Source: Eledone cirrhosa
Taxonomy: Eukaryota
Length of the DNA stretch: 64,000 bases
Direction of reading: 5' to 3'
NCBI GenBank assembly: GCA_964016885.1
Contig: OZ024743.1
Span: forward strand, 211,792,001 to 211,856,000
Position 1 is the first letter of the stretch; the number at the start of each line of letters is the position of its first letter. Below, piece by piece: positions 9,590 through 24,240 of this stretch. A program made the translations under genes and the position numbers. Below the pieces are notes generated by a model. It did no database searches and was not told where the DNA came from. It saw nothing but the letters and a program-made list of their open reading frames with translations.

Positions 9590-12500
9590 GATCCCACCAC
9601 GGGCGGCCGGCCCACAATCGAAAAGGTTACTCCGCCTGCAAATCGTCATTTTCGGATTCGTTTTCTTCGAAGCACACCATTCGCCGGCGGACTTCAGCTG
9701 CCTCATTTAGCATGGGCAGTTTTTCTTGAAGATCACACCACACACAGCCAATGAGTGTCTGCACATGTACCAGTAATTAGAGATCGATCCGACCACGGGC
9801 GGCCGGCCCACGATCGAGAAAAAGGTAACTCCGCCGGCAAATCGTCATTTTTGTGATCCGTTTTCTTCGAAGCACACCATTCGCCGCCGGACTTCAGCTG
9901 CCTCATTTAGCATGGGCAGTTTTTTTTGAAAATCACACCACACACAACCAATGTGTGTCTGCACATGTACCAGTAATTACAGATCGATCCGACCACGGGC
10001 GGCCGGCCCGCGATTGAAAAGGTAACTCCGCCGGCAAATCGTCATTTTTGTGATTCGTTTTCTTCGAAGCACACCATTCGCCGCCGGACTTCAGCTGCCT
10101 CATTTAGCATGGGCAGTTTTTTTTGAAAATCACACCACACACAACCAATGTGTGTCTGCACATGTACCAGTAATTACAGATCGATCCCACCACGAGTTCA
10201 ATGTAAACAAACTTACGCTCAACGACTTTGTTGACGTTTAACACGGTTTGGTTCCACAGCCACAACTATTGATTTTACGGAGATATCTTGCTGAAATTCA
10301 CGCCACACATAGCCAATGAGTGTCTGCACATGTACCAGTAATTACAGATCGATCCGACCAGGGGCGGCCGGCCCGCGATTGAAAAGGTAACTCCGCCGGC
10401 AAATCGTCATTTTTGGATTCGTTTTCTTCGAAGCACACCATTCGCCGGCGGACTTTGTTGACGTTTAACACGGTTTGGTTCCACAGCCACAACTATTGAT
10501 TTTAAGGAGATATCTTGCTGAAATTCACGCCACACATAGCCAATGAGTGTCTGCACATGTACCAGTAATTACAGATCGATCCGACCAGGGGCGGCCGGCC
10601 CGCGATTGAAAAGGTAACTCCGCCGGCAAATCGTCATTTTTGTGATTCGTTTTCTTCGAAGCACACCATTCGCCGGCGGACTTTGTTGACGTTTAACACG
10701 GTTTGGTTCCACAGCCACAACTATTGATTTTAAGGAGATATCTTGCTGAAATTCACGCCACACATAGCCAATGAGTGTCTGCATATGTACCAGTAATTAC
10801 ACATCGATCCGACCACGGACGGCCGGCCCGCGATTGAAAAGGTAACTCCGCCGGCAAATCGTCATTTTCGGATTCGTTTTCTTCGAAGCACACCATTCGC
10901 CGGCGGACTTCAGCTGCCTCATTTAGCATGGGCAGTTTTTCTTGAAGATCACACCACACACAGCCAATGAGTGTCTGCACATGTACCAGTAATTACAGAT
11001 GGATCCCACCACGGGCGGCCGGCCCACAATCGAAAAGGTTACTCCGCCTGCAAATCGTCATTTTCGGATTCGTTTTCTTCGAAGCACACCATTCGCCGGC
11101 GGACTTCAGCTGCCTCATTTAGCATGGGCAGTTTTTCTTGAAGATCACACCACACACAGCCAATGAGTGTCTGCACATGTACCAGTAATTAGAGATCGAT
11201 CCGACCACGGGCGGCCGGCCCACGATCGAGAAAAAGGTAACTCCGCCGGCAAATCGTCATTTTTGTGATCCGTTTTCTTCGAAGCACACCATTCGCCGCC
11301 GGACTTCAGCTGCCTCATTTAGCATGGGCAGTTTTTTTTGAAAATCACACCACACACAACCAATGTGTGTCTGCACATGTACCAGTAATTACAGATCGAT
11401 CCGACCACGGGCAGCCGGCCCGCGATTGAAAAGGTAACTCCGCCGGCAAATCGTCATTTTTGTGATTCGTTTTCTTCGAAGCACACCATTCGCCGCCGGA
11501 CTTCAGCTGCCTCATTTAACATGGGCAGTTTTTTTTTAAAATCACACCACACACAACCAATGTGTTTCTGCACATGTACCAGTAATTACAGATCGATCCC
11601 ACCACGAGTTCAATGTAAACTAACTTACGCTCAACGACTTTGTTGACGTTTAACACGGTTTGGTTCCACAGCCACAACTATTGATTTTAAGGAGATATCT
11701 TGCTGAAATACACGCCACACATAGCCAATGAGTGTCTGCACATGTACCAGTAATTACAGATCGATCCGACCAGGGGCGGCCGGCCCGCGATTGAAAAGGT
11801 AACTCCGCCGGCAAATCGTCATTTTTGGATTCGTTTTCTTCGAAGCACACCATTCGCCGGCGGACTTTGTTGACGTTTAACACGGTTTGGTTCCACAGCC
11901 ACAACTATTGATTTTAAGGAGATATCTTGCTGGAATTCACGCCACACATAGCCAATGAGTGTCTGCACATGTACCAGTAATTACAGATCGATCCGACCAC
12001 GGGCGGCCGGCCCGCGATTGAAAAGGTAACTCCGCCGGCAAATCGTCATTTTTGTGATCCGTTTTCTTCGAAGCACACCATTCGCCGCCGGACTTCAGCT
12101 GCCTCATTTAGCATGGGCAGTTTTTTTTGAAAATCACACCACACACAACCAATGTGTGTCTGCACATGTACCAGTAATTACAGATCGATCCCACCACGGG
12201 CGGCCGGCCCACAATCGAAAAGGTTACTCCGCCTGCAAATCGTCATTTTCGGATTCGTTTTCTTCGAAGCACACCATTCGCCGGCGGACTTCAGCTGCCT
12301 CATTTAGCATGGGCAGTTTTTCTTGAAGATCACACCACACACAGCCAATGAGTGTCTGCACATGTACCAGTAATTAGAGATCGATCCGACCACGGGCGGC
12401 CGGCCCACGATCGAGAAAAAGGTAACTCCGCCGGCAAATCGTCATTTTTGTGATCCGTTTTCTTCGAAGCACACCATTCGCCGCCGGACTTCAGCTGCCT

Positions 12501-15500
12501 CATTTAGCATGGGCAGTTTTTTTTGAAAATCACACCACACACAACCAATGTGTTTCTGCACATGTACCAGTAATTACAGATCGATCCCACCACGAGTTCA
12601 ATGTAAACTAACTTACGCTCAACGACTTTGTTGACGTTTAACACGGTTTGGTTCCACAGCCACAACTATTGATTTTACGGAGATATCTTGCTGAGATTCA
12701 CGCCACACATAGCCAATGAGTGTCTGCACATGTACCAGTAATTACACATCAATCCGACCACGGGCGGCTGGCCCGCGATTGAAAAGGTAACTCCGCCGGC
12801 AAATCGTCATTTTTGGATTCGTTTTCTTCGAAGCACACCATTCGCCGCCGGACTTCAGCTGCCTCATTTAGCATGGGCAGTTTTTTTTGAAAATCACACC
12901 ACACACAACCAATGTGTGTCTGCACATGTACCAGTAATTACAGATCGATCCCACCACGGGCGGCCGGCCCACAATCGAAAAGGTTACTCCGCCTGCAAAT
13001 CGTCATTTTCGGATTCGTTTTCTTCGAAGCACACCATTCGCCGGCGGACTTCAGCTGCCTCATTTAGCATGGGCAGTTTTTCTTGAAGATCACACCACAC
13101 ACAGCCAATGAGTGTCTGCACATGTACCAGTAATTAGAGATCGATCCGACCACGGGCGGCCGGCCCACGATCGAGAAAAAGGTAACTCCGCCGGCAAATC
13201 GTCATTTTTGTGATCCGTTTTCTTCGAAGCACACCATTCGCCGCCGGACTTCAGCTGCCTCATTTAGCATGGGCAGTTTTTTTTGAAAATCACACCACAC
13301 ACAACCAATGTGTGTCTGCACATGTACCAGTAATTACAGATCGATCCGACCACGGGCGGCCGGCCCGCGATTGAAAAGGTAACTCCGCCGGCAAATCGTC
13401 ATTTTTGTGATTCGTTTTCTTCGAAGCACACCATTCGCCGCCGGACTTCAGCTGCCTCATTTAGTATGGGCAGTTTTTTTTGAAAATCACACCACACACA
13501 ACCAATGTGTGTCTGCACATGTACCAGTAATTACAGATCGATCCCACCACGAGTTCAATGTAAACAAACTTACGCTCAACGACTTTGTTGACGTTTAACA
13601 CGGTTTGGTTCCACAGCCACAACTATTGATTTTACGGAGATATCTTGCTGAAATTCACGCCACACATAGCCAATGAGTGTCTGCACATGTACCAGTAATT
13701 ACAGATCGATCCGACCAGGGGCGGCCGGCCCGCGATTGAAAAGGTAACTCCGCCGGCAAATCGTCATTTTTGGATTCGTTTTCTTCGAAGCACACCATTC
13801 GCCGGCGGACTTTGTTGACGTTTAACACGGTTTGGTTCCACAGCCACAACTATTGATTTTAAGGAGATATCTTGCTGAAATTCACGCCACACATAGCCAA
13901 TGAGTGTCTGCACATGTACCAGTAATTACAGATCGATCCGACCAGGGGCGGCCGGCCCGCGATTGAAAAGGTAACTCCGCCGGCAAATCGTCATTTTTGT
14001 GATTCGTTTTCTTCGAAGCACACCATTCGCCGGCGGACTTTGTTGACGTTTAACACGGTTTGGTTCCACAGCCACAACTATTGATTTTAAGGAGATATCT
14101 TGCTGAAATTCACGCCACACATAGCCAATGAGTGTCTGCATATGTACCAGTAATTACACATCGATCCGACCACGGACGGCCGGCCCGCGATTGAAAAGGT
14201 AACTCCGCCGGCAAATCGTCATTTTCGGATTCGTTTTCTTCGAAGCACACCATTCGCCGGCGGACTTCAGCTGCCTCATTTAGCATGGGCAGTTTTTCTT
14301 GAAGATCACACCACACACAGCCAATGAGTGTCTGCACATGTACCAGTAATTACAGATGGATCCCACCACGGGCGGCCGGCCCACAATCGAAAAGGTTACT
14401 CCGCCTGCAAATCGTCATTTTCGGATTCGTTTTCTTCGAAGCACACCATTCGCCGGCGGACTTCAGCTGCCTCATTTAGCATGGGCAGTTTTTCTTGAAG
14501 ATCACACCACACACAGCCAATGAGTGTCTGCACATGTACCAGTAATTAGAGATCGATCCGACCACGGGCGGCCGGCCCACGATCGAGAAAAAGGTAACTC
14601 CGCCGGCAAATCGTCATTTTTGTGATCCGTTTTCTTCGAAGCACACCATTCGCCGCCGGACTTCAGCTGCCTCATTTAGCATGGGCAGTTTTTTTTGAAA
14701 ATCACACCACACACAACCAATGTGTGTCTGCACATGTACCAGTAATTACAGATCGATCCGACCACGGGCAGCCGGCCCGCGATTGAAAAGGTAACTCCGC
14801 CGGCAAATCGTCATTTTTGTGATTCGTTTTCTTCGAAGCACACCATTCGCCGCCGGACTTCAGCTGCCTCATTTAACATGGGCAGTTTTTTTTTTAAATC
14901 ACACCACACACAACCAATGTGTTTCTGCACATGTACCAGTAATTACAGATCGATCCCACCACGAGTTCAATGTAAACTAACTTACGCTCAACGACTTTGT
15001 TGACGTTTAACACGGTTTGGTTCCACAGCCACAACTATTGATTTTAAGGAGATATCTTGCTGAAATACACGCCACACATAGCCAATGAGTGTCTGCACAT
15101 GTACCAGTAATTACAGATCGATCCGACCAGGGGCGGCCGGCCCGCGATTGAAAAGGTAACTCCGCCGGCAAATCGTCATTTTTGGATTCGTTTTCTTCGA
15201 AGCACACCATTCGCCGGCGGACTTTGTTGACGTTTAACACGGTTTGGTTCCACAGCCACAACTATTGATTTTAAGGAGATATCTTGCTGAAATTCACGCC
15301 ACACATAGCCAATGAGTGTCTGCACATGTACCAGTAATTACAGATCGATCCGACCACGGGCGGCCGGCCCGCGATTGAAAAGGTAACTCCGCCGGCAAAT
15401 CGTCATTTTTGTGATCCGTTTTCTTCGAAGCACACCATTCGCCGCCGGACTTCAGCTGCCTCATTTAGCATGGGCAGTTTTTTTTGAAAATCACACCACA

Positions 15501-16990
15501 CACAACCAATGTGTGTCTGCACATGTACCAGTAATTACAGATCGATCCCACCACGGGCGGCCGGCCCACAATCGAAAAGGTTACTCCGCCTGCAAATCGT
15601 CATTTTCGGATTCGTTTTCTTCGAAGCACACCATTCGCCGGCGGACTTCAGCTGCCTCATTTAGCATGGGCAGTTTTTCTTGAAGATCACACCACACACA
15701 GCCAATGAGTGTCTGCACATGTACCAGTAATTAGAGATCGATCCGACCACGGGCGGCCGGCCCACGATCGAGAAAAAGGTAACTCCGCCGGCAAATCGTC
15801 ATTTTTGTGATCCGTTTTCTTCGAAGCACACCATTCGCCGCCGGACTTCAGCTGCCTCATTTAGCATGGGCAGTTTTTTTTGAAAATCACACCACACACA
15901 ACCAATGTGTTTCTGCACATGTACCAGTAATTACAGATCGATCCCACCACGAGTTCAATGTAAACTAACTTACGCTCAACGACTTTGTTGACGTTTAACA
16001 CGGTTTGGTTCCACAGCCACAACTATTGATTTTACGGAGATATCTTGCTGAGATTCACGCCACACATAGCCAATGAGTGTCTGCACATGTACCAGTAATT
16101 ACACATCGATCCGACCACGGGCGGCTGGCCCGCGATTGAAAAGGTAACTCCGCCGGCAAATCGTCATTTTTGGATTCGTTTTCTTCGAAGCACACCATTC
16201 GCCGCCGGACTTCAGCTGCCTCATTTAGCATGGGCAGTTTTTTTTGAAAATCACACCACACACAACCAATGTGTGTCTGCACATGTACCAGTAATTACAG
16301 ATCGATCCCACCACGGGCGGCCGGCCCACAATCGAAAAGGTTACTCCGCCTGCAAATCGTCATTTTCGGATTCGTTTTCTTCGAAGCACACCATTCGCCG
16401 GCGGACTTCAGCTGCCTCATTTAGCATGGGCAGTTTTTCTTGAAGATCACACCACACACAGCCAATGAGTGTCTGCACATGTACCAGTAATTAGAGATCG
16501 ATCCGACCACGGGCGGCCGGCCCACGATCGAGAAAAAGGTAACTCCGCCGGCAAATCGTCATTTTTGTGATCCGTTTTCTTCGAAGCACACCATTCGCCG
16601 CCGGACTTCAGCTGCCTCATTTAGCATGGGCAGTTTTTTTTGAAAATCACACCACACACAACCAATGTGTGTCTGCACATGTACCAGTAATTACAGATCG
16701 ATCCGACCACGGGCGGCCGGCCCGCGATTGAAAAGGTAACTCCGCCGGCAAATCGTCATTTTTGTGATTCGTTTTCTTCGAAGCACACCATTCGCCGCCG
16801 GACTTCAGCTGCCTCATTTAGTATGGGCAGTTTTTTTTGAAAATCACACCACACACAACCAATGTGTGTCTGCACATGTACCAGTAATTACAGATCGATC
16901 CCACCACGAGTTCAATGTAAACAAACTTACGCTCAACGACTTTGTTGACGTTTAACACGGTTTGGTTCCACAGCCACAACTATTGATTTT
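9590..16990. repeat. 3357-bp higher-order repeat (17 monomers), about 2.2 copies
   Basis: Constant 3357 offset for ORFs 10050/13407/16764, 10298/13655, 10569/13926, 10753/14110, 11650/15007 and 12054/15411. Monomer lengths sum to 3357. Shared variants GGCAGCCGG and GAAATACACG. Confidence 0.9.
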
Positions 16991-18930
16991 AAGGAGATAT
17001 CTTGCTGAAATACACGCCACACATAGCCAATGAGTGTCTGCACATGTACCAGTAATTACAGATCGATCCGACCAGGGGCGGCCGGCCCGCGATTGAAAAG
17101 GTAACTCCGCCGGCAAATCGTCATTTTTGGATTCGTTTTCTTCGAAGCACACCATTCGCCGGCGGACTTTGTTGACGTTTAACACGGTTTGGTTCCACAG
17201 CCACAACTATTGATTTTAAGGAGATATCTTGCTGAAATTCACGCCACACATAGCCAATGAGTGTCTGCACATGTACCAGTAATTACAGATCGATCCGACC
17301 ACGGGCGGCCGGCCCGCGATTGAAAAGGTAACTCCGCCGGCAAATCGTCATTTTTGTGATCCGTTTTCTTCGAAGCACACCATTCGCCGCCGGACTTCAG
17401 CTGCCTCATTTAGCATGGGCAGTTTTTTTTGAAAATCACACCACACACAACCAATGTGTCTGCACATGTACCAGTAATTACAGATCGATCCCACCACGGG
17501 CGGCCGGCCCACAATCGAAAAGGTTACTCCGCCTGCAAATCGTCATTTTCGGATTCGTTTTCTTCGAAGCACACCATTCGCCGGCGGACTTCAGCTGCCT
17601 CATTTAGCATGGGCAGTTTTTCTTGAAGATCACACCACACACAGCCAATGAGTGTCTGCACATGTACCAGTAATTAGAGATCGATCCGACCACGGGCGGC
17701 CGGCCCACGATCGAGAAAAAGGTAACTCCGCCGGCAAATCGTCATTTTTGTGATCCGTTTTCTTCGAAGCACACCATTCGCCGCCGGACTTCAGCTGCCT
17801 CATTTAGCATGGGCAGTTTTTTTTGAAAATCACACCACACACAACCAATGTGTTTCTGCACATGTACCAGTAATTACAGATCGATCCCACCACGAGTTCA
17901 ATGTAAACTAACTTACGCTCAACGACTTTGTTGACGTTTAACACGGTTTGGTTCCACAGCCACAACTATTGATTTTACGGAGATATCTTGCTGAGATTCA
18001 CGCCACACATAGCCAATGAGTGTCTGCACATGTACCAGTAATTACACATCGATCCGACCACGGGCGGCTGGCCCGCGATTGAAAAGGTAACTCCGCCGGC
18101 AAATCGTCATTTTTGGATTCGTTTTCTTCGAAGCACACCATTCGCCGCCGGACTTCAGCTGCCTCATTTAGCATGGGCAGTTTTTTTTGAAAATCACACC
18201 ACACACAACCAATGTGTGTCTGCACATGTACCAGTAATTACAGATCGATCCCACCACGGGCGGCCGGCCCACAATCGAAAAGGTTACTCCGCCTGCAAAT
18301 CGTCATTTTCGGATTCGTTTTCTTCGAAGCACACCATTCGCCGGCGGACTTCAGCTGCCTCATTTAGCATGGGCAGTTTTTCTTGAAGATCACACCACAC
18401 ACAGCCAATGAGTGTCTGCACATGTACCAGTAATTAGAGATCGATCCGACCACGGGCGGCCGGCCCACGATCGAGAAAAAGGTAACTCCGCCGGCAAATC
18501 GTCATTTTTGTGATCCGTTTTCTTCGAAGCACACCATTCGCCGCCGGACTTCAGCTGCCTCATTTAGCATGGGCAGTTTTTTTTGAAAATCACACCACAC
18601 ACAACCAATGTGTGTCTGCACATGTACCAGTAATTACAGATCGATCCGACCACGGGCGGCCGGCCCGCGATTGAAAAGGTAACTCCGCCGGCAAATCGTC
18701 ATTTTTGTGATTCGTTTTCTTCGAAGCACACCATTCGCCGCCGGACTTCAGCTGCCTCATTTAGTATGGGCAGTTTTTTTTGAAAATCACACCACACACA
18801 ACCAATGTGTGTCTGCACATGTACCAGTAATTACAGATCGATCCCACCACGAGTTCAATGTAAACAAACTTACGCTCAACGACTTTGTTGACGTTTAACA
18901 CGGTTTGGTTCCACAGCCACAACTATTGAT
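14980..18930. repeat. 1945/1943-bp higher-order repeat (10 monomers), 2 copies
   Basis: Offsets 15007->16952 and 15411->17356 (1945), then 16055->17998 and 16764->18707 (1943) after a 2-bp TG loss at ~17455. Confidence 0.85.
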
Positions 18931-21900
18931 TTTACGGAGATATCTTGCTGAAATTCACGCCACACATAGCCAATGAGTGTCTGCACATGTACCAGTAATT
19001 ACAGATCGATCCGACCAGGGGCGGCCGGCCCGCGATTGAAAAGGTAACTCCGCCGGCAAATCGTCATTTTTGGATTCGTTTTCTTCGAAGCACACCATTC
19101 GCCGGCGGACTTTGTTGACGTTTAACACGGTTTGGTTCCACAGCCACAACTATTGATTTTAAGGAGATATCTTGCTGAAATTCACGCCACACATAGCCAA
19201 TGAGTGTCTGCACATGTACCAGTAATTACAGATCGATCCGACCAGGGGCGGCCGGCCCGCGATTGAAAAGGTAACTCCGCCGGCAAATCGTCATTTTTGT
19301 GATTCGTTTTCTTCGAAGCACACCATTCGCCGGCGGACTTTGTTGACGTTTAACACGGTTTGGTTCCACAGCCACAACTATTGATTTTAAGGAGATATCT
19401 TGCTGAAATTCACGGCACACATAGCCAATGAGTGTCTGCATATGTACCAGTAATTACAGATCGATCCGACCACGGACGGCCGGCCCGCGATTGAAAAGGT
19501 AACTCCGCCGGCAAATCGTCATTTTCGGATTCGTTTTCTTCGAAGCACACCATTCGCCGGCGGACTTCAGCTGCCTCATTTAGCATGGGCAGTTTTTCTT
19601 GAAGATCACACCACACACAGCCAATGAGTGTCTGCACATGTACCAGTAATTACAGATGGATCCCACCACGGGCGGCCGGCCCACAATCGAAAAGGTTACT
19701 CCGCCTGCAAATCGTCATTTTCGGATTCGTTTTCTTCGAAGCACACCATTCGCCGGCGGACTTCAGCTGCCTCATTTAGCATGGGCAGTTTTTCTTGAAG
19801 ATCACACCACACACAGCCAATGAGTGTCTGCACATGTACCAGTAATTAGAGATCGATCCGACCACGGGCGGCCGGCCCACGATCGAGAAAAAGGTAACTC
19901 CGCCGGCAAATCGTCATTTTTGTGATCCGTTTTCTTCGAAGCACACCATTCGCCGCCGGACTTCAGCTGCCTCATTTAGCATGGGCAGTTTTTTTTGAAA
20001 ATCACACCACACACAACCAATGTGTGTCTGCACATGTACCAGTAATTACAGATCGATCCGACCACGGGCGGCCGGCCCGCGATTGAAAAGGTAACTCCGC
20101 CGGCAAATCGTCATTTTTGTGATTCGTTTTCTTCGAAGCACACCATTCGCCGCCGGACTTCAGCTGCCTCATTGAACATGGGCAGTTTTTTTTTAAAATC
20201 ACACCACATACAACCAATGTGTGTCTGCACATGTACCAGTAATTACAGATCGATCCCACCACGGGCGGCCGGCCCACAATCGAAAAGGTTACTCCGCCTG
20301 CAAATCGTCATTTTCGGATTCGTTTTCTTCGAAGCACACCATTCGCCGCCGGACTTCAGCTGCCTCATTTAGCATGGGCAGTTTTTCTTGAAGATCACAC
20401 CACACACAGCCAATGAGTGTCTGCACATGTACCAGTAATTAGAGATCGATCCGACCACGGGCGGCCGGCCCACGATCGAGAAAAAGGTAACTCCGCCGGC
20501 AAATCGTCATTTTTGTGATCCGTTTTCTTCGAAGCACACCATTCGCCGCCGGACTTCAGCTGCCTCATTTAGCATGGGCAGTTTTTTTTGAAAATCACAC
20601 CACACACAACCAATGTGTGTCTGCACATGTACCAGTAATTACAGATCGATCCGACCACGGGCGGCCGGCCCGCGATTGAAAAGGTAACTCCGCCGGCAAA
20701 TCGTCATTTTTGTGATTCGTTTTCTTCGAAGCACACCATTCGCCGCCGGACTTCAGCTGCCTCATTGAACATGGGCAGTTTTTTTTTAAAATCACACCAC
20801 ATACAACCAATGTGTGTCTGCACATGTACCAGTAATTACAGATCGATCCCACCACGGGCGGCCGGCCCACAATCGAAAAGGTTACTCCGCCTGCAAATCG
20901 TCATTTTCGGATTCGTTTTCTTCGAAGCACACCATTCGCCGCCGGACTTCAGCTGCCTCATTTAGCATGGGCAGTTTTTCTTGAAGATCACACCACACAC
21001 AGCCAATGAGTGTCTGCACATGTACCAGTAATTAGAGATCGATCCGACCACGGGCGGCCGGCCCACGATCGAGAAAAAGGTAACTCCGCCGGCAAATCGT
21101 CATTTTTGTGATCCGTTTTCTTCGAAGCACACCATTCGCCGCCGGACTTCAGCTGCCTCATTTAGCATGGGCAGTTTTTTTTGAAAATCACACCACACAC
21201 AACCAATGTGTGTCTGCACATGTACCAGTAATTACAGATCGATCCGACCACGGGCGGCCGGCCCGCGATTGAAAAGGTAACTCCGCCGGCAAATCGTCAT
21301 TTTCGGATTCGTTTTCTTCGAAGCACACCATTCGCCGGCGGACTTCAGCTGCCTCATTTAGCATGGGCAGTTTTTCTTGAAGATCACACCACACACAGCC
21401 AATGAGTGTCTGCACATGTACCAGTAATTAGAGATCGATCCGACCACGGGCGGCTGGCCCACGATCGAGAAAAAGGTAACTCCGCCGGCAAATCGTCATT
21501 TTTGTGATCCGTTTTCTTCGAAGCACACCATTCGCCGCCGGACTTCAGCTGCCTCATTTAGCATGGGCAGTTTTTTTTGAAAATCACACCACACACAACC
21601 AATGTGTGTCTGCACATGTACCAGTAATTACAGATCGATCCGACCACGGGCGGCCGGCCCGCGATTGAAAAGGTAACTCCGCCGGCAAATCGTCATTTTT
21701 GTGATTCGTTTTCTTCGAAGCACACCATTCGCCGCCGGACTTCAGCTGCCTCATTTAGCATGGGCAGTTTTTTTTGAAAATCACACCACACACAACCAAT
21801 GTGTGTCTGCACATGTACCAGTAATTACAGATCGATCCCACCACGAGTTCAATGTAAACAAACTTACGCTCAACGACTTTGTTGACGTTTAACACGGTTT

Positions 21901-24240
21901 GGTTCCACAGCCACAACTATTGATTTTACGGAGATATCTTGCTGAAATTCAGGCCACACATAGCCAATGAGTGTCTGCACATGTACCAGTAATTACAGAT
22001 CGATCCGACCAGGGGCGGCCGGCCCGCGATTGAAAAGGTAACTCCGCCGGCAAATCGTCATTTTTGGATTCGTTTTCTTCGAAGCACACCATTCGCCGGC
22101 GGACTTTGTTGACGTTTAACACGGTTTGGTTCCACAGCCACAACTATTGATTTTAAGGAGATATCTTGCTGAAATTCACGCCACACATAGCCAATGAGTG
22201 TCTGCACATGTACCAGTAATTACAGATCGATCCGACCAGGGGCGGCCGGCCCGCGATTGAAAAGGTAACTCCGCCGGCAAATCGTCATTTTTGTGATTCG
22301 TTTTCTTCGAAGCACACCATTCGCCGGCGGACTTTGTTGACGTTCAACACGGTTTGGTTCCACAGCCACAACTATTGATTTTAAGGAGATATCTTGCTGA
22401 AATTCACGCCACACATAGCCAATGAGTGTCTGCATATGTACCAGTAATTACAGATCGATCCGACCACGGACGGCCGGCCCGCGATTGAAAAGGTAACTCC
22501 GCCGGCAAATCGTCATTTTCGGATTCGTTTTCTTCGAAGCACACCATTCGCCGGCGGACTTCAGCTGCCTCATTTAGCATGGGCAGTTTTTCTTGAAGAT
22601 CACACCACACACAGCCAATGAGTGTCTGCACATGTACCAGTAATTACAGATGGATCCCACCACGGGCGGCCGGCCCACAATCGAAAAGGTTACTCCGCCT
22701 GCAAATCGTCATTTTCGGATTCGTTTTCTTCGAAGCACACCATTCGCCGGCGGACTTCAGCTGCCTCATTTAGCATGGGCAGTTTTTCTTGAAGATCACA
22801 CCACACACAGCCAATGAGTGTCTGCACATGTACCAGTAATTAGAGATCGATCCGACCACGGGCGGCCGGCCCACGATCGAGAAAAAGGTAACTCCGCCGG
22901 CAAATCGTCATTTTTGTGATCCGTTTTCTTCGAAGCACACCATTCGCCGCCGGACTTCAGCTGCCTCATTTAGCATGGGCAGTTTTTTTTGAAAATCACA
23001 CCACACACAACCAATGTGTGTCTGCACATGTACCAGTAATTACAGATCGATCCGACCACGGGCGGCCGGCCCGCGATTGAAAAGGTAACTCCGCCGGCAA
23101 ATCGTCATTTTTGTGATTCGTTTTCTTCGAAGCACACCATTCGCCGCCGGACTTCAGCTGCCTCATTGAACATGGGCAGTTTTTTTTTAAAATCACACCA
23201 CATACAACCAATGTGTGTCTGCACATGTACCAGTAATTACAGATCGATCCCACCACGGGCGGCCGGCCCACAATCGAAAAGGTTACTCCGCCTGCAAATC
23301 GTCATTTTCGGATTCGTTTTCTTCGAAGCACACCATTCGCCGCCGGACTTCAGCTGCCTCATTTAGCATGGGCAGTTTTTCTTGAAGATCACACCACACA
23401 CAGCCAATGAGTGTCTGCACATGTACCAGTAATTAGAGATCGATCCGACCACGGGCGGCCGGCCCACGATCGAGAAAAAGGTAACTCCGCCGGCAAATCG
23501 TCATTTTTGTGATCCGTTTTCTTCGAAGCACACCATTCGCCGCCGGACTTCAGCTGCCTCATTTAGCATGGGCAGTTTTTTTTGAAAATCACACCACACA
23601 CAACCAATGTGTGTCTGCACATGTACCAGTAATTACAGATCGATCCGACCACGGGCGGCCGGCCCGCGATTGAAAAGGTAACTCCGCCGGCAAATCGTCA
23701 TTTTTGTGATTCGTTTCCTTCGAAGCACACCATTCGCCGCCGGACTTCAGCTGCCTCATTGAACATGGGCAGTTTTTTTTTAAAATCACACCACATACAA
23801 CCAATGTGTGTCTGCACATGTACCAGTAATTACAGATCGATCCCACCACGGGCGGCCGGCCCACAATCGAAAAGGTTACTCCACCTGCAAATCGTCATTT
23901 TCGGATTCGTTTTCTTCGAAGCACACCATTCGCCGCCGGACTTCAGCTGCCTCATTTAGCATGGGCAGTTTTTCTTGAAGATCACACCACACACAGCCAA
24001 TGAGTGTCTGCACATGTACCAGTAATCAGAGATCGATCCGACCACGGGCGGCCGGCCCACGATCGAGAAAAAGGTAACTCCGCCGGCAAATCGTCATTTT
24101 TGTGATCCGTTTTCTTCGAAGCACACCATTCGCCGCCGGACTTCAGCTGCCTCATTTAGCATGGGCAGTTTTTTTTGAAAATCACACCACACACAACCAA
24201 TGTGTGTCTGCACATGTACCAGTAATTACAGATCGATCCC
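18430..24240. repeat. 2994-bp higher-order repeat (15 monomers), about 2 copies; duplicated again at +12208
   Basis: Offsets 18707->21701, 18955->21949, 19226->22220, 19410->22404, 20002->22996 and 20595->23589 are all 2994. Confidence 0.85.
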